From contig NW_021825079.1 of the NCBI RefSeq assembly GCF_006345805.1, positions 1-16,934 of the forward strand: a DNA stretch of 16,934 bases, written 5' to 3'. This document shows, one piece after another, positions 9,587-16,934 of this stretch. The position numbers and the translations under genes are program-made. The notes below the pieces were generated by a model. That model ran no database searches, had not been told where the DNA came from, and worked only from the letters and a program-made list of their open reading frames with translations. The first letter of the stretch is position 1. Every line of letters starts with the position of its first letter. The stretch comes from Octopus sinensis. Its lineage: Eukaryota.

Positions 9587-9704
9587 TGACTTGGAACGAT
9601 ATTTCGAAATGGTGCTTGAAAAAAAAAAACAAATTCGAAACAAAGATGAAATGCAACAGATAATGCCACTGCTAGATTCGATATTCTGTGTACTTTCGAA
9701 CTAG
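9587..9704 (+). CDS. Probable terminal coding exon (G-DLERYFEMVLEKKKQIRNKDEMQQIMPLLDSIFCVLSN*)
   Basis: Acceptor TTATTTTGCCTTAATTAACCCAG (AG 9585-9586); phase-2 start completes GG+T = Gly; frame stays open through an A11 run (E-K-K-K); TAG at 9702-9704. Confidence 0.63.
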
Positions 9705-9962
9705 GAATCGTAACCTATGCACTGGTTTGTTCTGCTAGTAATGGTAGCCAAATTCTTTATCTAATCACATTGACTGCAATCTTCGATATGGAAAAGGAAA
9801 GGTTGTATCGTATATTGAATAATGATGTTGGAGGACGCCTTTATTTTTAGGTCGTCCCTATCAACATTAAGATGTATGTGAGTGTATATAATTATATTTG
9901 CATACGTATATAAAATGTATGTGTGTGTGTGTGCATGAATATACATACATAGATCGCAAGCC

Positions 9963-10045
9963 ACTACACATTCTTTATTTTCTCTCCTTGTTTTTTTCTG
10001 CGTTCCTTTCTGTGGAAGAGCGTAGGCTCGAAACGTTGAAGACTA
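9963..10045. repeat. Short interspersed repeat fragment, possibly Penelope-like terminal sequence
   Basis: GAAGAGCGTAGGCTCGAAACGTT resembles GAAGAG..GCTCGAAACG motifs of Penelope-type terminal repeats. Recollection only; single copy in this window. Confidence 0.3.
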
Positions 10046-10213
10046 TGAAAGCATAGCTAAGGTTTTATTGTAAGGTCTCTGAACATCTGCTGCTAGGGGC
10101 GCCATTTGATCCGTGTACAATGCTTATTAGGACTTCGCTCAAAAGGGTTAAATTATTAGAAATAGCTCAAAATATGCCTACAAGACGCTATTAGTTTGTG
10201 CTGGTCGCCGTCG

Positions 10214-10523
10214 AGATTTTCTGCATAAAGTATTTATCAGTTATATAAAGAGATGAATAAGAGAAAATGTATTGAACAACATTGTGTATTTAAAATCACT
10301 ACAATTGTTTCCACAAATCATAACACCCGTAGCGCAGTGATAAGGAGATATATTTAACATGTTGCGTAATCACTACCATACATCCAAACTTTGAAATATG
10401 TTTCTTCAGGTGATTATTTGGAATAAGTCCTTATTCTGGTCATTCGGTCATTTTACTCTGTACAAAGGTAAATATCCAAAGTAGTTTGCTATTTTCGGCA
10501 GTTTAAAATCAAAATTGTATGTA
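10214..10523 (+). repeat. 310-bp direct repeat, copy 1
   Basis: Matches 11161-11470 with 2 substitutions by eye (AATGTATT/AATGGATT; GTGATAAG/GTGGTAAG). Confidence 0.97.
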
Positions 10524-10544
10524 CTACTGATTTCTTTCGCAAAA

Positions 10545-10745
10545 TAGGTAACACGGCGGTCGCAGAAATGAGGCTCGCTAGGTAGAGAGGCTGCTGCAAC
10601 GAGGAGTGTCATCGGCCATTTTCTGCGACAACGCCATCACGGTTATTTCCGCTGCGTGCGGCTGAACACACCGTTTATTCTGGGGTATGTGGCTTATCGC
10701 CCTTCCGCAGCCATCCGCCACTGTCTTGCCCCACGTCGCCCATTA
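10545..10745. promoter_or_regulatory. GC/CpG-rich patch, possible promoter or TE-internal regulatory segment
   Basis: Visibly GC- and CpG-rich against an AT-rich background; YY1-like CGGCCATTTT at 10613-10622. No convincing ORF. Confidence 0.3.
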
Positions 10746-11160
10746 TTTCTTTCTGTTTATCTATTGTGCATTGAGCTGAAAATTATGTAAGAAACACATA
10801 CAAAATATCAATAAAAAAAGAAAAAAAGAAAAAGAAAAATAATTAGATTAAGTATTTAAATACATCACGTGACATTATTTTGTCTCCTGAAATAAATCTT
10901 TCAAAAACGATAGCGTCCATTAATTCTTGTGATGTTTGTGTGTATATAAATATACACACCGTGTTTGCCAGTTACATTTTGTGATTCTTCCGAGATTGGG
11001 TTACTCTTATAAGCTCCCGGGTATATTTCTATAGTCTATAACGAATTTAGAATATCTATTTGTTTGAAGAGAACAACCAAATCTATTTATATTTCTTTGT
11101 TTTCAAAACTGCAGTGTTTCGTAACTCTAACTATATTAAATTTATCTTAGATTTTCAAAT

Positions 11161-11470
11161 AGATTTTCTGCATAAAGTATTTATCAGTTATATAAAGAGA
11201 TGAATAAGAGAAAATGGATTGAACAACATTGTGTATTTAAAATCACTACAATTGTTTCCACAAATCATAACACCCGTAGCGCAGTGGTAAGGAGATATAT
11301 TTAACATGTTGCGTAATCACTACCATACATCCAAACTTTGAAATATGTTTCTTCAGGTGATTATTTGGAATAAGTCCTTATTCTGGTCATTCGGTCATTT
11401 TACTCTGTACAAAGGTAAATATCCAAAGTAGTTTGCTATTTTCGGCAGTTTAAAATCAAAATTGTATGTA
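11161..11470 (+). repeat. 310-bp direct repeat, copy 2
   Basis: Offset 947 bp from copy 1; runs directly into a (TATG)n tract. Confidence 0.97.
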
Positions 11471-11880
11471 TGTGTGTATGTATGCATATGTATGCATGTA
11501 TATATGTACGTATGTATGTAAGTATGTATGTATGTATGTATGTATGTATGTATGTATGTATGTATGTATGTATGTATGCATGCATGTCTATGTATGCATT
11601 TATGTTTGTGTCCGTATGTGTGTATATACTCCTCTATGCATGTGTAAGTATGTATATATGCATGTATGTGTATGTGTGCATGTAGGTGTGTATCTATGCA
11701 TGTAGGTGTATATGTATGCATGTAGGTGTGTACGTATGAATATATGTATGTGTACGCATGTATGTATGCGTATACATGTATACATGCATGTATGTATGAA
11801 TGTGTGTATATATGCATGTACGTATGTATGCATATATGCGAGTTTGTGTGTATGTATGCATATTATGTATGTATTTGTAT
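11465..11880 (+). repeat. (TATG)n tract with TGCA/TAGG variants
   Basis: Direct reading. Confidence 0.95.
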
Positions 11881-11881
11881 A

Positions 11882-12185
11882 TCTCTTATTATAAAAGGCA
11901 GATTTTATCTGCCTCCCTTTGGGAGTTATAGAAATCTACAATATAGGATTTCTTCAATTACAATTTACCTGGCATTTTTAAGAGTACAATGCATCGCGTC
12001 ATGCCAGGTCCAGTTTTTAAAATTTAAACTCCAATTAAGCAAAATTTACAGAAAACTCACATTCTGGTGTGTGTGTCAAATGCTTTTCTTAGTCTGGTTT
12101 ACACCACACGCAAACGCACACACACAGTGGGCAACGAATAAAATGAAAGTAAATAGCGACAGAGTGATTTGAGGAAGACTAAAGT
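11882..12185 (+). mobile_element. Probable 5' fragment of a non-autonomous Helitron
   Basis: A^TC start, TCTCTTATTATAAAAG resembling the 5' end at 13063 (TCTATATATATATAAAAC), followed by twin hairpins. No 3' CTAG end found and the right boundary is approximate. Confidence 0.45.
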
Positions 12186-12299
12186 GAAAGTATTCTGTCT
12201 ATGACGCTGATAGATACATGAGTAAAATGTATGGGAAGCTAAGAGCTAAGAGTGAGTGAAAATGTTCTTGGAAGAGAGTAATTAGTAATAAAGTAAACA

Positions 12300-12625
12300 T
12301 ACACTCATACATCATACTACATACTACATACATACATACATACACATACATACATACATACAATACATACATACATACGTACACATACCACACACATACA
12401 TATAGACCACATACATACATACATACATACATATACATACATACATACATATACATACATACATACATACACACACCCATACACACACACACAGTATTAA
12501 AGCTTGAGAACAATCAGATACATTTGCAACACATCTGTTGAAAATATTATTGTTCACACACATACATATACATATATACATACAGACAGACAGACAGATA
12601 GACACACAACCACACACACACACCA
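12300..12625 (+). repeat. (TACA)n/(CA)n/(CAGA)n repeats
   Basis: Direct reading. Confidence 0.92.
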
Positions 12626-12631
12626 CATGAT

Positions 12632-12682
12632 CCAGCATGGCCACAACCTCAAGGCTGAAACAATATAAAAGAATAACAGAAT
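12632..12682 (+). mobile_element. 3' tail fragment of SINE family B
   Basis: CCAGCATGGCCAC...CTGAAACAATATAAAAGAATAACAGAATA matches the tails at ~6910-6953 and ~15995-16039. Confidence 0.7.
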
Positions 12683-13045
12683 ATAAATGTGTGCAAAGTA
12701 CAAGAAATATTAATGCAGTATATGGGGATTGGACAATAAGCGTAAGGCAGTGTCAATGGTGGTTCCAGAATCCCGAGCCATAAACTACAGCCTAGAAGAC
12801 GAGCCTCATCCTGAAGATCTGTAGAACTCGACAAGGACGTCCTGAAACCCTGGTGGAACAAAATATCATCGTAACTGTTGAGGAACTAGCAGAGAAGCTT
12901 GGATTTGGTCATTCAACCATTCATTGACACCTGTGTGCTATCGGAAAAGTCAGCAAATTGGGTCAATGGGTTCCTCACGAACTTTCCGAGTCTAATTGCA
13001 TGCAGAGAGTGAATGTATGCTTTTTCTTTGCTGTCATATCTCCCA
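12683..13045 (+). mobile_element. Mariner transposase fragment (HTH region to just past WVPHEL), frameshifted
   Basis: TRNINAVYGDWTISVRQCQWWFQ / SLEDEPHP / LVEQNIIVTVEELAEKLGFGHSTIH*HLCAIGKVSKLGQWVPHELSESNCMQRVNVC. The WVPHEL mariner signature is at 12967-12984. Confidence 0.93.
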
Positions 13046-13062
13046 CTACTGCGCTATGTATA

Positions 13063-13696
13063 TCTATATATATATAAAACTGTAGTTGTGTGAGTGTCTG
13101 TCCCCTTCGATTTAGATTCCTAACTACTCCCACATTTGCGGTACAGTTTAACCAAATTCGGGTAGCTTATAGTCGTGATTCATATCGAGCCCGTCTGAAT
13201 ATTAGCGCGCGTCTACGATGAGTCTACGATTTTAAAAATAATTTAACATCATTTTTTATTCCATTTTAATGCATAATTTTTCGTGTGTCGATGGCGGCGG
13301 AGTTGGCGTCCACGCTCACACCTGCACCTGTGGGAAGGGAGTGTAAGGAAATCAACGTCGTAATGCGTTGTCAAGGAGACCAGTGTTCTTTTAGAACAAC
13401 GACTTCATGGCTTGAAGAACACCAAAACAGAAATGGCTAGAAAGCGTCTACATGAGTCTACGATTTAAAAAAAATTTACCATCGTTTTTTTTCCATTTGA
13501 ATGCATTTTTTCGCTATTATATAAGGGAAGTAACTCTCTAAAATGTCTACGATGAGTCAACGATTTTAAAAAAAATTTACCATCATATTTTTTTCCATTT
13601 TAATGCATTTTTGCTATTTTTTGGCTATAACTCTCTAAAAATGCTTATATAGTTATTTCCCTTACAAACCCGAGCAACGCCGGGCGATACTGCTAG
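13063..13696 (+). mobile_element. Complete non-autonomous Helitron
   Basis: Inserted between A (13062) and T (13697); 5' TC; GC-rich hairpin CCCGAGCAACGCCGGG at 13669-13684; terminal CTAG at 13693-13696; no TSD. Confidence 0.9.
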
Positions 13697-13745
13697 TTAT
13701 ATATAAATGTATGTATATTTATGTATGCATTTATCTATGTGTATT

Positions 13746-13953
13746 TATTCTTTTACTTGTCTCAATCATGTGATTGTGGCCATGCTGGAGTAACACCTTT
13801 AGTCGAGCAAATCGACCCCAGGACTTATTCTTTGTAAATCTAGTACTTATTCTATCGGTCTCTTTTGCCAAACCGCTAAGTTACGGGGACGTAAACACAC
13901 CAGCATCGGTTGTCAATCGATGTTGGGAGACAAACACAGGCACGCAAACATAC

Positions 13954-14027
<74 letters not shown>

Positions 14028-14190
14028 GACGGGCTTCTTTAAGTTTCCGTTTACCAAATCCACTCACAAGGCTTTGGTCGGCCCGAGGCTATAGTAGAAG
14101 ACACTTGCCCAAGGTGCCAAACAGTGGGACTGAACCCAGAACCATGTGGTTCGTAAGCAAGATACTTACCACACAGCCATTCCTACGCCT
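13746..14190 (-). mobile_element. Full-length SINE family B with 11-bp TSD
   Basis: Reverse complement is colinear with 15643-16039; TATCTATGTGT flanks at 13732-13742 and 14192-14202. Confidence 0.93.
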
Positions 14191-15050
14191 GTATCTATGT
14201 GTGTCTCACTAGAGTGTATGTAAGTATGTATGCATGTATGTATGTATGTATGTATAATTCTGATCAAAGTAGTCACTTGCTACTTTGAATACCTACGACT
14301 GAGACACAAAATAATGATAAAGAGACAAACTCGACCGCAATAAAATATTAAACTCTACCATAGCATTGAGCACTTCTTTCTTTGCAACAGTTCGTACAAT
14401 ACGTATATACATAGGTGTTTCTTTACACCCACAAACACACACACACACACACACATACACACACATACACACACACGCACATACACGCACTTACACACAC
14501 ATATTTCATAATTGTTGACTATTTTATAATCACAATGCAACTGAAAAATATCGATGTCACGAGACTCGTCAGGTAATATCGGGGACCAACGATCGTTTCT
14601 GATCTCACTTTTGTATGTTAAAGTGTAATTTATTAAAATTACCATTATGATATCTACATTTATAGCTTGGAAATTGTAAACACTGAATGTCATCGAGTCA
14701 TGTGCTAGGTCAATGTGTATGTAGTTTGTAAAATCACTGTATGTATGTGTTTGAACCATTTTTATGTTGATTAATGCGTAAATTTATTAAATATACAAGG
14801 ATGTAATTTTATGGGAAAACGACTGTTAAGAGGATGAAAAAATATATAACGTTCCTTTGTGTACATCTTTATTAGAATATATTTGAAATAGTAATCTGAG
14901 GAGAATCATTTCAGAGTAGAGAGTTCAGTCTGACGCTTACAAAGTTATTTCATAATCGTTTTGTCGTTAATTGTTGAGTCATTTCTGGATTCCGTTGGGA
15001 AATGCTTTCATGGCAACGAAACAAATAAGTACAACAACTATGCATGGTTT

Positions 15051-15051
<1 letters not shown>

Positions 15052-15084
<33 letters not shown>

Positions 15085-15194
15085 CACATACACACACACA
15101 CACATAGACACACACACCCACCCACACACATAGACACACCCACACACCACACACACACACACCTACACACACACACACACACGCACGCACACAC

Positions 15195-15225
<31 letters not shown>

Positions 15226-15270
15226 TACACACACACACACACACACCACGCACACACATGTATATATGTG
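15052..15270 (+). repeat. (CA)n microsatellite
   Basis: Direct reading. Confidence 0.95.
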
Positions 15271-15271
15271 T

Positions 15272-15578
15272 GAAGAGCGTGGCTTAGTGGTTAGAGTGTT
15301 CGGCTCACGATCGTAAGGTCGCGAGTTCAGTTCCAGGCGAAGCGTTGTGTCCTTGACCAAGACACTTTATTTCACGTTGCCCCAGTCCGCTCAGTGGCAA
15401 AAATGAGTTGGACCTGTATTTTCAAATAGTTAGCCTTGTCACACTCTGACACGGTGAATCTCACTGAGAACTACGTCTGCGGAGTGCTCAGCCACTTGCA
15501 CGTGTTAATTTCAGGAGCAAGCTGTTCCGTTGATCGTATCAGCTGGGGCCCACGACGTCGTAACCGACGGAGTGCTCC
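15272..15578 (+). mobile_element. tRNA-derived SINE sharing head and core with family C but with a different 3' half (family D)
   Basis: A box TGGCTTAGTGG 15280-15290, B-box-like GAGTTCAGTTCC 15323-15334, core GTGTCCTTGACCAAGACACTTTATTTCACGTTGCCCCAG. Confidence 0.88.
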
Positions 15579-15580
15579 TT

Positions 15581-15623
<43 letters not shown>

Positions 15624-15642
15624 CTCTATATATATATATATA

Positions 15643-16039
15643 GAGGCGCAGGAGTGGCTGTGTGGTAAGTAGTTAGCTTACAAACCACATGGTTCCGGGT
15701 TCAGTCCCACTGCGTGGCGCCTTGGGCAAGTGTCTTCTACTATGACCTAAGCCTTGTGAGTGGTTTTGGTAGACGGTTGCTGAAAGAAATATGTATGTAT
15801 ATGTGTGTATGTATACGTGTCTATGTATATGTTTATGTGTCTGTGTTTGTCTTCCCACCATCGCTTGACAACCGATGTTGGCGTGTCTACGTCCCCGTAA
15901 CTTCGTGGTTCGGCAAAAGAGACCGATAGAATAAATACTAGCCTTACAAAGAGCAAGTCCTGGGGTTGATTTGTTCGACTAAAGGCTGTGCAGCAGCATG
16001 GCCGTAGTCAAATGACTGAAACAAATAAAAGAATAAAAG
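15643..16039 (+). mobile_element. SINE family B
   Basis: GAGGCGCAGGAGTGGCTGTGTGGTAAG head, GGGTTCAGTCCC, CCTTGGGCAAGTG CORE-like motif, internal (TATG/TG)n, AAAAGAATAAAAG tail. Confidence 0.92.
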
Positions 16040-16146
16040 TATACACATATATATATATGTATGTACATATCTATGCATGTGCATATATTATATACGAGCG
16101 TGCATGTGTGTATACATACATACGGACGTACACACACACACTCATT

Positions 16147-16433
16147 ATCAGTTACGCACTGGGGTCGATATAATCGACTTAATCCGTTTGTCTGTTCTTG
16201 TTTGTCCTCTCTGTGTTTAACTCCTTGTGGGTAGTAAAGAAATAGGTATTTCGTCCGCCGTTACGTTCTGAGTTCAAATTCCGCCGAGGTCGACTTTGCC
16301 TTGCATCCTTTCGGGGTCGACTTTGCCTTTCGGGGTTGACAAATTAAGTACCAGTTGCGTACTGGGGTCGATCTAATCGACTAGATCACTCACCCCAAAA
16401 TTTCGGGCCTTGTGGCTATAGTAGAAAAGAATA
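16147..16433 (+). mobile_element. 5'-truncated dimeric family A SINE
   Basis: 3' half of one monomer ending AAAGAAATA (~16245), fused to a headless second monomer starting GGTATTTCGTCC that has a different 3' end. Confidence 0.85.
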
Positions 16434-16526
16434 TTAGGTTATTTACTTTGGACAACATAAGGTGATAGCTTATAAGCTTTAAGCTTATAAGCTTATAGAA
16501 TATTATTATTATTATTTACAGAATAC

Positions 16527-16635
<109 letters not shown>

Positions 16636-16934
16636 ATTAGTGTATTTCAGGGATTAACCTCGAAAAGTGCGTTTTAGAGCCCCTACACCGTTATTGCTAA
16701 CCACATGACATTGTACAGCAGGAGGTTTTTTACGGCTTAATAAACTAGCGGAGCTCGGCTATGTATTAGTATTAATATAAGAATAAAATAACAGGTGGAT
16801 GGAGAATGAAGAGATACGCGTGTACAGAAACGTTTATGAGAAAAACAACTCGGTATTATATGTAGAATGATATATATTCGGGAATTCGTTTGATCCATAT
16901 ATTCCCGTATTCACAGTTTTATCTTACGATCCTT

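Noticed and set aside
9578-10151. piggyBac-like element bounded by TTAACCC and GGGTTAA
   Set aside because: Only 7 bp of inverted match, and the left end coincides with the exon's splice acceptor.
10214-11470. LTR retrotransposon or TRIM
   Set aside because: The repeats lack TG...CA termini, a primer-binding site, a polypurine tract and a flanking TSD.
14535-14578. Possible first coding exon MQLKNIDVTRLV with CAG|GTAATA donor; overlapping minus-strand ORF 14355-14759
   Set aside because: Very short, with no partner exon in the window; the minus-strand ORF has no credible splice sites.
15272-15345. tRNA gene
   Set aside because: A and B boxes are present, but the sequence continues into a SINE core and no full cloverleaf or terminator is evident.
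42-16173. Most ORFs in the six-frame track (YI, CV, HT, poly-D/M/H/S, poly-V)
   Set aside because: They are translations of microsatellites or SINEs, with no splice or homology support.
16659-16758. Minus-strand candidate exon PSSASLLSRKKPPAVQCHVVSNNGVGALKRTFR
   Set aside because: Plausible acceptor but an average donor; isolated, unrecognised and at the window edge.

Overview
AT-rich animal genomic DNA, saturated with microsatellites and tRNA-derived SINEs. The repeat content is typical of Octopus; this is an inference from remembered SINE families and was not database-checked. Almost all ORFs in the supplied track are microsatellite artefacts. Four things are supported by reading the sequence. 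(1) Three phase-compatible coding exons of an unidentified + strand host gene (7975-8043, 8418-8536, 9587-9704), none of which is in the ORF track. (2) A fossil REL-endonuclease non-LTR retrotransposon, most like the R4/Dong clade, spread colinearly over ~1030-6240. It is interrupted by a (GAT)n tract, a Tigger-like MITE, three SINEs with readable target-site duplications and ~3 kb of simple repeats; removing the MITE and SINE insertions restores its reading frames. (3) About a dozen SINE copies of 3-4 families, a complete non-autonomous Helitron, a second probable Helitron 5' end and a mariner transposase fragment. (4) A near-identical 310-bp direct duplication bracketing a CpG-rich patch. 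I found no evidence of a new enzymatic system; the interest lies in TE archaeology, shared RNA-structure signals and the unannotated gene.
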